This document shows positions 1 through 14,049 of a stretch of 64,000 bases of DNA, piece by piece. The stretch is from Camelus ferus (taxonomy: Eukaryota). Where the stretch lies: the NCBI RefSeq assembly GCF_009834535.1, contig NC_045717.1:22134001-22198000 (forward strand), read 5' to 3'. Position 1 is the first letter of the stretch. The number at the start of each line of letters is the position of its first letter. The notes under the pieces were generated by a model that did no database searches, had not been told where the DNA came from, and saw nothing but the letters and a program-made list of their open reading frames with translations. The position numbers and the translations under genes are program-made.

Positions 1-1541
1 TGGGGTGGGGGTGGCTGCAGGCCAGGGCGAGGGACAGCGGCTAGCTCTCGGGGCGCATTAGATACTCCCCTGGTGCTCAGGGGTTGCGGGTGCTGGACAG
101 CAAGCAGGGTGTGAGGCCCCGGGCCCGCGTCACCTCCCTTCCCTGGGCCAGAGGTGCATCGTTGGAGTCATGAGGGTGCAGTGCAGACACAGGAGCAGCT
201 CCAGAATGCGCGGCGCCAGACAGATTTATCAGCTGTTCTCATTGTGAGAACCTGAAACACAGATCAAGACAGACATGGATAGATTCCCACCCGGGGAGAA
301 GCCTGTGTCCAGAGGAGGGGCTCTGGGTCCCAGGCCACAGGCTGACCTGGACCGTGTGGCAGAGGGTCAGGCATCCTTCAGAGCACACTGTCCGCCCTGC
401 CCGTTCTTGGAAGCCATCTTGTCACAATGGGGCTCCCGTCTGTCTCTCAGTCCACTTCGCCTCACCCTGCTTACTCCCTGACCTGCGCTTCTTGGGGTTT
501 GGTTTTTTACCCCTGGCTTCTTTATATTGAGCAATCCAGAGTCTCTTGGCTGATTCTATTCTGTACTCAGCTCACAAACAACTTGGAAAAAGCAGAGGAG
601 ATGTCAGATTTTCTTTTCAAATACTCCCCTGCACGGTGACTAATCCAGCAGGCATTTATGAGTGTTTTTTTTTTCCTTTCTTTCTTTCTTTTTTTTTTTT
701 TAACTTTGGGACCATTAGGATGTGCTGGTTATCTCTGCCAGAGAGCTGCTGGTGCCCCTGGAAACGCAGATGAAGTTGCAGCCACTCACACGGGGGTATT
801 TTTAAAATGTCATCTCCAAGAAACCACACACAAAGTCGGATTGGCACCTTTTTTTTTTTAAACTCGGATCAGTTATTTCCATAAAAGGTGGATGCCTTTG
901 GGATGTCTGCCATTGTGGTTGCTTGTTGAGATACAAGGCTGCATGTGTCACTGGGGCTGTGCCTGGGGCTAGGGAGCAGGCACAAGGGGATGAGGGTGTC
1001 ATTTGGGGGGCCCCTGCGCCCCAGAGGAAGAGCAGGGTGCCTGTGGCTGACGGCTACCCACAGGGCAGGTCGGTGAGAAGGAGTTGGACCCAGGCAGCTG
1101 GCGCCTGGGCAGCCGTGGGGTAGGATGAATCCTAGAAAAAACGTTTGGTTCCAGGCCAGGATGCACAGTGAGGTGAGCATTGGGATGTCCAAGAGCAGCC
1201 AGAGAGGCCCCAACTTCCCGCTGGGAGTGTGTTTCAGGTCGCGTTCCAGGAGCATCACCGAGCTCCCTGACTAATACCGCTTTCATTAGCGCAATGATGG
1301 CACCAGCCTCCCTGCTTGGACCTGTGCTCCTGGCATCTGCCACCCCTGGTGCAACACACCCAGGCACTGGGAGCTGTTTCTGGAAGGTGTGTGGGCTGGA
1401 AGCATGGAAACCGTGCTGTTGAGCCCACCGGCAGGGAGTTTCCTAGTCCTCGGCCACCAGCCCCCGAGGGGTGTGGTGCCCTGGCGTGGCTTGCGCATGC
1501 GGGTGGCCGGCCACGTGGGGATATCTGGCTTCTTGTTGCAG

Positions 1542-2929
1542 ACCTACAGCCAGCTGGCCCACCCGATCCAGCAGGCCAAGGCGCTGGGCCTCCAGTTCCA
1601 CTCCCGCATCCTGGACATTGACAACATCGACGTGAGTGCTTTTTCCCAGGGGGGCCCAGTCGACCCCGGGGTGGGGAAGGTGCTCAGCAGGGAGGGGTGA
1701 GCTCCCTGTCCCCTAAGGAGCTGCAGCATTTGGATTAAATGACCTGGAGGATCCCTTCAGTGAGAGGTTTCCATAGCTCTGCAATTGGGGCTTCTTAGGC
1801 AAGGGGTGGCCCTGGGGGTGCTGCTGCCCAGACCTAGGGCCCCCCCGAGGTCCCTGAAGGCAGTGCTGCCCCTGCACTTGAACTGAGAAGGGTGGGGGCT
1901 TTGTCAGGGAGGCTCAGGCCCCCAGGAGTCTGCTCCGCCACAATTTCCTCCCCGAGGAGGGCTGAAGGTGGGCCGGTGCCCACTCCCCTCTGACCGAACT
2001 GTGTGCACACAGGCCGTCCCCGTGAAGCCTCCCTGCGCCCACACAGCCTCAATCTGGGGAGCCTATGTGGGTCGTCAGCAGCTCAGACTCTGGCTCACAA
2101 TTGGGAAGTGCCCACCTGGAAGTGGGCCAGTGGGAAGGGGCAGCCCTGGGGTTTGGGCTCAGGCGGGTCCTCGGGCTCTTTCTGGGGGCTGGCCCGATAT
2201 GTCGAGGTGCCGAGGGCTCCTCCTGGCCATGTCCTGGGAAGTGGGGGTCCGCACCTGATGGGAGCAGCAGGGAAGGGTCCTGGGACTATCCTCTGAGGCC
2301 TGCTCGCTCTCTTGGTCCCCCTGCAGCTGGCCATGGGCAAGATGATGGAGCAGGGGCCTGTGTTGATCATCACCTTCCAGGCCCAGTTGGTGATGGTGAT
2401 AAAGAACCCCAAGGGCGAGGTGGTTGAGGGCGACCCGGTGAGTAAGCGAGGGAGAGGATGGGCAGGAACTGCTGGGTGGGCTGCCTTGCCCTGATGGCGG
2501 TTCAGTCAGGGACTGCGTGGGGACGGCAGGGCAGTGCCTTGAGAAGTCCCAGGGCCCTAGGTGGGCCTGCTGGAGGTTAGAGGCGGCTGATCCGTCTGGT
2601 TTTACCAAGTCCTGAGTTACAGCCTCTGTCTCAGTCTCTGCTTGGGACCCCCCAGACTTGGGCCAATAACCCAGCACCCCTCATCTCCAGCCCCTCCCAG
2701 CATCTCCCCAGTGTCCTGAACCTGCCCTGCCCCTCGACAGCCCCTCGTCCCAGTGTGGGTGCCGAGCCCACTGTCTGCCTCCAGCCCTCACCAATTCCTG
2801 GTTCTGCAGGACAAGGTCCTGCGGATGTTGTACGTGTGGGCACTCTGCCGAGACCAGGACGAGCTCAACCCCTACGCAGCCTGGCGGCTCTTGGACATCT
2901 CTGCCTCCAGCACAGAGCAGGTCCTCTGA
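1542..2929 (+). CDS. TIMM44: Mitochondrial import inner membrane translocase subunit TIM44, last three coding exons (5' part outside window)
   Basis: Exons 1542-1631 (TYSQLAHPIQQAKALGLQFHSRILDIDNID), 2327-2437 (LAMGKMMEQGPVLIITFQAQLVMVIKNPKGEVVEGDP) and 2810-2929 (DKVLRMLYVWALCRDQDELNPYAAWRLLDISASSTEQVL*). All have AG/GT boundaries in phase 0 and match the mammalian TIM44 C-terminus. Confidence 0.97.
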
Positions 2930-3334
2930 GCACAGTGGCCATGACCAGGGGCTCTGGGGCAGGATCGTCACTGCAGACACGCAACAGACTGGTGTCCACC
3001 TGCAGCAGCTAGACCACTAGGCCCAGGACTGTCGGCTCTGCCCCCACTCTGCCAGGGTGGCTGCAAAGCTAGCTGGATGGAGCAGGGCGGGGAGGGGGCT
3101 ACAGCACCAGCCCCTGCACCGCCCTCTGCCCCATGGGGGCTGCTGACCGGTGGACCACAGAGCCACACAAACCAGACTGTGCCAAGGGGTCCCTAGCCCA
3201 GGGACTGCCTCCCAGGACAGAGTGGTGGGGCCTGGGCCCACTGGCCACAGCAGCCAGGCTGTTTTAGCTCCTTTTTTTTTTTTTTAAAGAGTGCCCTTAT
3301 TATTATCCTGTACATACGCTGGAGACTTGGAAAT

Positions 3335-3340
3335 AATAAA
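3335..3340 (+). terminator. TIMM44: TIMM44 polyadenylation signal AATAAA
   Basis: AATAAA about 400 nt after the stop codon, following a T-rich 3'UTR tract. Confidence 0.75.
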
Positions 3341-4478
3341 ACACCAGAGTGCAGGAGAGCAGCTTGGGTAGTCAACACATGCTGTCTGTCACTGGGGTGG
3401 GGGGAGATGGGACTGAAGAGGGCTGGCGGGGGCCGGCGGTCATGGTCACTGAAGGAACTGCAGCAGAAGAGAGGGCAGCCTTACCTTATCCTGGATGTGT
3501 GTGGAGGGGGTGGGGGAGACGGTGATGAGATAAGCTAAGGAGGCCTTCAATGACCTGCTGCGGTCTCCTGAGGGTTGGGGTCCCCGGAGCTGGAGGCTCC
3601 TGAATGCTTGATGTGTTTCCGGAGGCATTAGGATCCCCCAAACAGGGAGTTTGGGTGAGGGGTCAATCGCAGAGAATGAGGGTGTGGGAACTGAAGTCGG
3701 GCTGGGGATTTCTGGGGGTGCTTGTGGGGGTAGGGAGGGCGAGGTTCTGGGTGTTGATAGCTCCTTGGGCCCGGAGGTCTCTCCAGCGTCTTGGGGCTGG
3801 GGCTCGTTCTCCCGGAGGGCGGGGCAGGGTCGCGAGCCCGCGCGCCGCTCCCTGCGCAGCCTCCGCCCCCCGCGGCGGCCCCGCCCCCCGTCGCCATGGG
3901 AACAGCCGCGGCGGCCCGGCTAGAGCGCGGCTCGCCTGCCTCGGTCTCCGTCGCTCCAGGGGCGGGTGAGGTGGGCTGAACCCGGGCCGCCGCCGCCGCC
4001 GCCGCCGCTGCCGGGAAGAGGCCGAGAGCGGAGCCCAAGCGGGTCCCGGAGGAGAGCGCGGCTGCCGGGCGCTCTGTCCCCGTCCCAGTCGAAGCCAGGG
4101 TGAGGGGCGCGGCGGAGCGAGGGTGGTGGGGGAGGGGGGTCCACGGGACGCAAGAACAAAGAGAGGGGGGCGGGAGAACCGGGTCTCGCCCCCGCCACGC
4201 CGCCCGGGCCGCGCGTTCGCACCTGTTGTGCGCGGGCCGGCCGGGTCGGGGCTCCCTCTCCCTGCTCTTAGCGTCCCCACCTGCGTGCACGCCCGGAGTT
4301 GGGTGCCCGCGGGCCGGCCTTGGGCGTAGCCCGGGGACGGAGGCGCAGGCGGCGGCTGGGGCTCCGCAAGGTAAGGGGGCGGCGGCGACAGGGCTACGCG
4401 GGGGCACGGGAGGGCGCAGCCTCATCCCCGCGTCCCGGGCGGGTCCCTTCCTCCGCAGGGCGCGCGGCGATGTGAGCC

Positions 4479-4727
4479 ATGAGCGCGACGTGGACGCTGT
4501 CCCCTGAGCCGCTGCCGCCGTCGACGGGGCCCCCGGTGGGCGCAGGCCTGGACGCGGAGCAGCGNNNNNNNNNNNNNNNNNNNNNNNNNNNNNNNNNNNN
4601 NNNNNNNNNNNNNNNNNNNNNNNNNNNNNNNNNNNNNNNNNNNNNNNNNNNNNNNNNNNNNNNNNNNNNNNNNNNNNNNNNNNNNNNNNNNNNNNNNNNN
4701 NNNNNNNNNNNNNNNNNNNNNNNNNNN
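4479..4727 (+). CDS. CTXN1: Cortexin-1 (small single-pass membrane protein); most of the CDS falls in an N-gap, end coordinate inferred from an 82-aa length
   Basis: ATG at 4479 gives MSATWTLSPEPLPPSTGPPVGAGLDAEQ, the cortexin-1 N-terminus. Position between TIMM44 and SNAPC2 is syntenic with human. Confidence 0.9.
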
Positions 4728-4728
4728 N
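4565..4728. other. Assembly gap (164 N)
   Basis: Run of N. Confidence 1.
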
Positions 4729-5475
4729 CTGTGCGGCGCCCCCAGCCGGCCCTCCGCGGGGTCTCTCCCAGCGCTGATTAGACGGGGCGCCTCCAGGCCT
4801 GGACCGCGTTCGGGATCCTGACCCCGAGCCCGCAGCCCGAGGCGGGAGGGCGTTAGAAGACCAACCCCTCCCCGCTCAGACCCCTCCCATCTTCGTGCCT
4901 TTATCCTGCCCTGTCCTCTCCAAAACTCACCGGCCTGGCTGGCCCCGACTCTGAAGTCTGGGTGGAAAGAGAATCCTCCCCACCCCAACCCCAGCGTGTA
5001 GGTGGCTCTACTATTGGCCAGCCGCCAAGCATGAGTGTCATGTCCGCTCCTGGATTTGGAGACCCCCGTGTCCCTTTTCCTCCCTCCCCCACCGTCTGGC
5101 CATCCTCACTCCCCCGCTGCCAGCCCCTCTTTAGTGCTGAGCCCCTCTTTGGGTTCTGGCCCCGTGGGGCAGGCTCTCCTGGGCCCACGGGGTGGATCCT
5201 GCATACCAATATGCCCTGCGCAGCTGGCCCCGGAGACAGAGCCTGAAGAGCGACAATGGCTGCTGTGTCCAGGATGTGTGGCGCCTTCCGTGTGGGGAAA
5301 GCGTGGGCAGGGACCCTCCTGCCCCTAGCCCAGGCCCTAGTTCAGGTCAGCGCGCTCCTCCCTTACCACCTCCAACCCTTATTTGTCCTCCTGCCACCTC
5401 CCTCTGATCCCTTCTGCCCTCCTCCCCACAGGCCTTCCCCCTGCCTTCTCATTTTTCCCTGCCTCTGAGCCGATG

Positions 5476-5705
5476 GTGATAATAAAAGCTATTATTGAGC
5501 GCTTACTGCATGCCAAGCAGTGTGCTGAGTTAGCTCCTCCTGCACATGGCCTGTTCCCTCTTCAGGACCCAGTGAGCCCTGTTTGTATCCCTGTTCTACA
5601 GTCCAGGAGATTTGGGTCCAGGCAGGTTGTGACTTGCTCATAGTTGGATTCTGGCCAAGCTAGAATTTGAACCCAGGGCTGACTTCTGCACACTCTTAAC
5701 AGCTG
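5476..5705 (-). mobile_element. MIR SINE (ancient, degenerate)
   Basis: attattgagcgcttactgcatgccaagcagtgtgct ... gaatttgaacccagg ... actcttaac follows the reverse-complement MIR consensus. Boundaries approximate. Confidence 0.75.
5481..5486 (+). terminator. CTXN1: Probable CTXN1 polyadenylation signal
   Basis: Only AATAAA I found on + between the CTXN1 CDS and the SNAPC2 3' end. Confidence 0.55.
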
Positions 5706-6852
5706 CCATGGGCTGGGAAGCACCCAGATGCATGCTCTGGGGGGGGCTGATGTGTAGTCATCTCAGTCCCCTAGCGCCAGGGACAGCCAAGGCTGCCCTT
5801 CTTCCTTTGGACTTGGGGAGACGCTGGGGGCTGTGGAATGGACTTAAGCCTGGTAAGCATCAGGAATGGGGTGCTCTTAGCCAGCCCTGCAGATTGTCTC
5901 CAAGAACTGGCATGGCCTCCTGGCCCCATGACCTCACCTGTAGCCCCAGACCTCTCTGATCTGGTCCCTCCGCCCCTCCGTGAACATGTGCACTTTGGAA
6001 ACTGCGGGTCTGGTGCTGTGGGTCATGGAGTGGGCTGGCTCTGCTCCACAGCCCGCCTGGGAGCTGCGTTGTGAACCCCCAGGGAGCCGTGTGCAATGTG
6101 TGTGGGGAGAAACAAGTGTTTCTATAAAAGGAAGGCTGTGTGAACACACAGGCGCTGTGAACAGAAAATCTACCAACTCGCAGAGGACTGGTTAGATTTT
6201 GGGGGAGGCTGTGCTGTGGGAGGACAGCTGGTTCCCCCACCTGCCCTCACCAACTGGTGGGGTCCCTCATGACCCTGTGCAGGGAGACCCAGCTGCACAT
6301 CTGGGAATTTGGAGCCTTTGACAGCAGCTAGGACTCCAGCCCCCTCGTCAGCACAGCTCTGCTTCCCCTTCTCTGCTCCTAAGGCCCCTCCAGCTCTCCC
6401 TCCCCCACTTGCTTCCCTAAGGCCACCTCAGGGCCTGGCTCCCCTCCCTCCAACTTCCTGCCACATGGGCAGCCCACCCCAACCCTCCTTGGCTGGTGGC
6501 CTGGCTCCTCCCACCTGGCTACCCTCTCTCTGCTGGCTTCTCCCCTCTTTCTCTATGCTGAAAGGCCCCAGGATCTAAAAACCTTTCCTGACATCAGTCA
6601 GGCTCAGGCCTAGACCCTCCAAGCACCAAGGGTCCCCTCATGACCAAAATGAGGTCACTCCAGATGGCATCGGACTGGACCTGGCAACAGCAGCCTTTAG
6701 TAATGACTGCGCCCTCCTCCCTGGCATGCCTCCCCTTGGTCCCTGGGACCCCAAGCTATGGCTCTCCTACCTCTGATTCTCTCTTTGGCATTTGGGGTCC
6801 CCTCCCACCTTTAACCCACAGGAAAAAGAGAGCATGGGGGTTTGAGCAGAAC

Positions 6853-6858
6853 TTTATT
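6853..6858 (-). terminator. SNAPC2: SNAPC2 polyadenylation signal
   Basis: TTTATT on + (AATAAA on -), about 310 nt past the stop codon. Confidence 0.7.
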
Positions 6859-7165
6859 CGCAGTTATAGAACACAGGATGCAGGACATCAGAAGGGATGA
6901 GGGGCGGGGGAGTATTTGATGGTGGTTTCAGCCCAGCCACCTGGCTGACCATTCCCTTGCCATTTCTATGGCTGAACCCCATACCACTGTGCTTCCATTT
7001 CTGAGGCCCCTGCTGTGTGAGCATTTTAATGACCAACCTGTACTGCACACTGTCAGGGACCTTCCACTTTTACCAGATCCTTGTGGCAACTCAAGGCCAG
7101 CCTAAGCAGGACTGAGGGCTGGGGGGCTCACAGATGTCTGCTGTGTCCTCTGCCCACCAGCCCCC

Positions 7166-9316
7166 TCATCTTGCAGGGGGTGCCACCTGGCCCAGAAGCT
7201 CCAGGGGCACCAGGAACGGGTTCAAGGGGCAGACCCCAGCTGACTGCCAAATGGGTATTGGTTTGCTGGGCCCAGCATTCCCAGGGGCCTGAGAGGTGGC
7301 CTGGCCAGCCGCCTCTTGCCCCCTGGAGCCTGTCCCATCATCCTCAGCAATGGATCCCAGGCTCCCACTGGAAGGGTCGGGCTGGGGGGCCGTCAGGCGT
7401 AGGAACGTATCCGACATATGTTCAACCAGGGCAGCGCAGGGCAGTCGGGACAGCTCCTTGGGAAGTGCCATGAGCAGGTCAAGGACCACAGCTGACTCTG
7501 GTAATGGATCCAGATGGGTGAGGGGAGGGTGGGGCTTTCCGCCAGGGTCCCCCACCCCAGAGTCCCAGCACCCTCCTCCTCACCAGCTGCGGAAAGCTCA
7601 GGGCCAGGGCAACCGCGGGAGATGGATGATAGGTACTTGTAGATCTTCTCAAAATCCACAGAGAAGTCTCCCTCAGCACACGGGCCAGCTGGGGACTCAG
7701 AAGATGCCTCTGGGGCAGGGCCTTGGGTCTTGAGGGCAGGGCCAGGAGCCTCCTGCCCTCCAGGGGCCTCAGGGCCCAGGTCCTCCTGCCCTCCAGGGGT
7801 GCTGAGGAGCAAGTGCTTGCCACGAGCCTGCGTGGGCTTGGGGGGCTTGGAGTGCAGGAGGCTGAGGGGCTCCGTGGCGCCGATGGTGAGCACCTGGCAG
7901 GCAGGGAGGTCAGGGAGGGAAAGGCAGAAATCTTCCCACTCTGCCCTGCAGGAGACTGAGCCTTCCACCTCCACCAAATCCTCCCTGACACCGGGAGGAA
8001 GGCACCACATACAGGAGATGACACAGAACTTTGGACACTGAGGTTCAGGGTGTCTAAGGACTGTCCAGAATCACAGAGGTGGAGTCTGGCAAGAGGAATG
8101 TACCCAGGACTCAGGTCCCCCTTATTTAGACTCATATATCTGACCCTGTCCCCCAGGGACACCCCCATCCTGCCTGGGGGATTATACCTGTGAGAAAGCC
8201 ACAGTCAAGGCTTCCTCCAGCGGGCCTGTTATCTTCTCAGCCAGATCCATCCACACCTGGGTGGGGCAACCATAAGGTAGGGATCAACCCTCAGGAGTTC
8301 CCCAAGCTCTACTCCTTCTGGGGCTCCCCTGACCATGCTATCCCCCTCCAACTCCCTCATTCCCCAGGGGCCGGCCCTGGGGAGCCTTGCCCTGCCTCAC
8401 CTCGATGGGGGCAGGGGTTTGTGTTTCTCGGCGCCTGGAACCCTGTGGGCCACCTGGATGCACCCTCTGAATGGCCTCCCGGGCCACTCGGCCCTTGAGC
8501 TGCCGAAGAAAATCCTGAATCTGGGGAAGTGAGAGGAGGAGGCCAAGTGGGACCTTCTAGAAGCCCAGGGCTAGGCAGTCCACTGCCTGCTCCAGGCCGG
8601 CCACTGCTCCCTAACCTCCCGCTAACCCGGCGTTAAGGGGTTACAGTGACTCTGCCAGGGGGTTGTCGGGCCAAGGCCCCTGGTGTTACCAGCCACCTGA
8701 CAGAGGTAAGGACCAGGATAGTTCTGGCTCCTCCCCGCGGCCAGGGCCCACCCCCATGCTAAGTACTACTCCATTCACCGCCCCATTTCCTGACTCTCGC
8801 TTCAAGCTTATCCCCGCCCAGTCTCGCTGCGCCTTCCGCCCAGTCTGGGGCCTCCGCTCGGTCTTACTCGCAGTTCGCCCCGCCCCTCAGCCGCACCACT
8901 TCCCGCCCCCGCCCCGCCCTCAGCTTCTCGCAGGCACACGATACCCAGCCTCGCACTAGCCCCGCCTCCTCTGCGCTCATCCGGTTCCTCAGCCTCGCCT
9001 CGCCCCCAACGGGTCCTCGGCCCGCCCACCCCAAGACCCCGCCCCCGCCTCACCCAGGGCCCGCCCCTCCTCTAGCCCCGGATACATCCTAGCCCCGCCT
9101 CCAGCCTCGCTCCCTTGCCTGGACCCCTCTCACCTCGGCCTCGCTCCGGCCCGGCAGCTCCCGGGCCAGCTCGGAGGCATCCGGCTCCGGCTGGCCCCGT
9201 CGAGCCTGCAGTAGTCGTAACAGCTGCCGTTTCTCGCGGGCGCCCCAGGCCGTGGGGCCGGTCACCTCGCCCAGATAGCGAGCTGGGGCCGCTCGCCGCC
9301 GCTGCGGGGGCTTCAT
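7166..9316 (-). CDS. SNAPC2: snRNA-activating protein complex subunit 2 (SNAP45), 5 exons, 337 aa
   Basis: Exons 9134-9316 ([20 protein letters not shown]...EAE), 8401-8520 ([18 protein letters not shown]...APIE), 8188-8256 ([23 protein letters not shown]), 7584-7893 (VLTIGATEP...[11 protein letters not shown]...SAA) and 7166-7497 ([10 protein letters not shown]...[21 protein letters not shown]). GT-AG boundaries and phases are consistent. Confidence 0.96.
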
Positions 9317-9530
9317 GCCGGTGAGGCGGGTGAGGGCGGTGTCGGAGCTCCTAGGCCGTTTCCGTGGTGGGCGGGGTTACGGGGACCGCTGAGGCCAAAA
9401 AGCCCCTCGCGGAGGCGGAAACAGATGGGGGCGTGGCTCTGCGTTTGCGAGTCAAAGGGACATGCCTCGATGGGAGATTTTGGGGAGACTGGCCTCCAGC
9501 GCAGGCGGGGACGGACGAGACCCTCCCGCG
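8800..9530. promoter_or_regulatory. SNAPC2: CpG island over SNAPC2 promoter/exon 1
   Basis: High CpG density and multiple GC boxes around the ATG at 9316. Confidence 0.7.
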
Positions 9531-9679
9531 TCCTCATTCTATCTCATTTGTGAACTGGAGCCGTGACCTTAGGTTTCTTGCCCTCCCTCCATTCCAGGAC
9601 CAAGTCTTCTGAAACTCTTAACTGTTTTTTGCTTGACTTCTCGAAGAGGGATGGGTCCTGGCCAGAAGGCAGCTATCCA

Positions 9680-9790
9680 GTCGTAGCTAAGAGCCTGAGC
9701 TGTGGGGTCGGCCAGCCCTGACTTGTGAGCAAGTGATCTGCTGTGCCGATCCTCAATTTCTTCAACTGTAAAATGGTCCCGCCGTTGCCT
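9680..9790 (+). mobile_element. MIR fragment
   Basis: cctcaatttcttcaactgtaaaatgg resembles the MIR core. Confidence 0.55.
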
Positions 9791-10200
9791 ATGCCCCGGG
9801 AGGAAGGAGCTCGGTCAGAAGGGATTTAAGGACCTTTAGGCTAGACGGAGAGGAGACTGGAGCAGAGGCCTGAGGTCGAGGCCCTAGCGAGGGTAGGGTC
9901 CGGGCGGTGGGAGTGGCGAGCGGGGAAGTCCTGGCTTTGAGAGGGCAGCTGGGCTGGTGCAGGGGTGGAGGAAGGAGATGAGACTTACTTGAAACTTGAG
10001 CTGGTGAGCTTGGGCGTCCCTTTTTGTTTGGGACAAACTGCCCTTGGTCTCCCCTGGCCCGGATCTGCGCACCTATGTAAGGGCGTATGAGCCCCACTCC
10101 AAAGCGCCACCCCTCCAGTCTGGACTCCTTTAAGCCCGGAATCCCCATCCCCGCGCCATAACAGAAAAGGACTTCAGAACTCAGCAAGTCAGACCAGATG

Positions 10201-10206
10201 TTTATT
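10201..10206 (-). terminator. TGFBR3L: TGFBR3L polyadenylation signal
   Basis: TTTATT on +, about 160 nt into a putative last exon whose acceptor is CCCCAG| at 10363/10362. Confidence 0.6.
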
Positions 10207-10559
10207 TTGAGCCCAGGTGAGAGGGTGGGAGCGAGGGGTCGCGGGGCGCAGGAATCGTGGTCCCATAGGGTCCGAGGTTAATGGCAGCCGGTCCAGTCCT
10301 GGCGGGCCTGGTCCGAGGCCGTGGCTAGTGCGTCTCCAGACCCTGTTGGGGGCGTTCCATCCCTGGGGAGGGGCGACTCAGGCTGAACCGGGAAGAGGAC
10401 ACTACGCAGGTCAACCCCTTCCCAGCCGATCACTGGCCGCCCCCTCAGTCTGTGTGCCGGGGTGAGTGTGGGTGCTAGGTCTGAAACCCGAATTCCCCTT
10501 GCCTAGTGCCTGTCTGAGGTGTTGAGGCCCCTTCTTGCGACGCTGAGCCTACAGTTGGC

Positions 10560-10745
10560 CGCCCGTCACCCACTACCTAAGATCGAAACCCACCTCCACC
10601 AAATGTGATCTTTTGCAAGTTAATTTTTTCTTATCTCTGTTATGGGGATTATAAGAGTATCTACCTGAAGGTTTTCACGAGGATTAATGTGCGTAAAACA
10701 TTTAGAACTCTGGCGGAGAGAAGGCGCCATGAAGTCATTATCATC
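10560..10745 (+). mobile_element. MIR fragment in TGFBR3L last intron
   Basis: atggggattataagagtatctacctgaaggttttcacgaggattaatg...cattatcatc matches the MIR 3' half. Confidence 0.6.
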
Positions 10746-10818
10746 ACCTCCCTCCTCCAGCCGTCCTACTGGCCCCACGTTACACTCCCGCTTCTCTCTC
10801 CCCCATCACTTACCTGCC

Positions 10819-13565
<2,747 letters not shown>

Positions 13566-13654
13566 GCTGGACTGCCTGGGGCAAGGGCTTGCGGGGTGTG
13601 CGGGGCTGGCGGCAGAGGCACCAGTCCAGCAGCACCCAGGCTGGGCAGGTGGGC

Positions 13655-13765
13655 AGGCCACCCTGTCCTTGGTTGGGTGGCCACTTGGGGAGGCAGGAAG
13701 TGGGGGCGGTGGACTGACGGGCCGACATCAGAGCTGGTGCCCAAGGCCTGCCAGGGATTAAGGGC
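13655..13765 (-). promoter_or_regulatory. TGFBR3L: TGFBR3L proximal promoter motif cluster: NR5A1/SF-1 x2, EGR/Sp GC box, PITX-type TAATCC
   Basis: CCAAGGACA (- strand, 13664-13672), GTGGGGGCG (13700-13708), CCAAGGCCT (13741-13749) and GGATTA/TAATCC (13755-13760), all within 200 nt of the ATG. Confidence 0.55.
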
Positions 13766-14043
13766 TCCTCTCCCGCCTGGCCTGTGGCTACTGGGGTGGG
13801 GGTGTGTGAGGCCCCTCACACTGGCCACTTGATATGGGGCCAGTCACTACAAACACTACCCTACCAGCCCCTAACCCTGCCTCAGTCTCCCGTCCATGCA
13901 GAGGCCTCATCCACCAGAATGGTGCTGATCCACCAGCCCCACCACCCCCAAAGTCAGGGCTCACGGCCCCTTCGCCCATTACACTGCCAAGTCCTGCCTG
14001 GCTCACAACACACCACAGACTCGGTGGAAGAAAAGGGAAGGGT

Positions 14044-14049
14044 TTTATT
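14044..14049 (-). terminator. MAP2K7: MAP2K7 polyadenylation signal
   Basis: TTTATT on +, giving a 3'UTR of about 2.1 kb. Confidence 0.75.

Larger units (their letters stand above)
3780..4800. promoter_or_regulatory. CTXN1: CpG island / CTXN1 promoter and non-coding exon 1 (donor at 4370/4371)
   Basis: Dense CpG, GC boxes and (GCC)7 at 3986-4006. AAG|GTAAGG donor at 4371 and CCGCAG|GG acceptor at 4458/4459 define an 88-nt intron. Confidence 0.75.
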
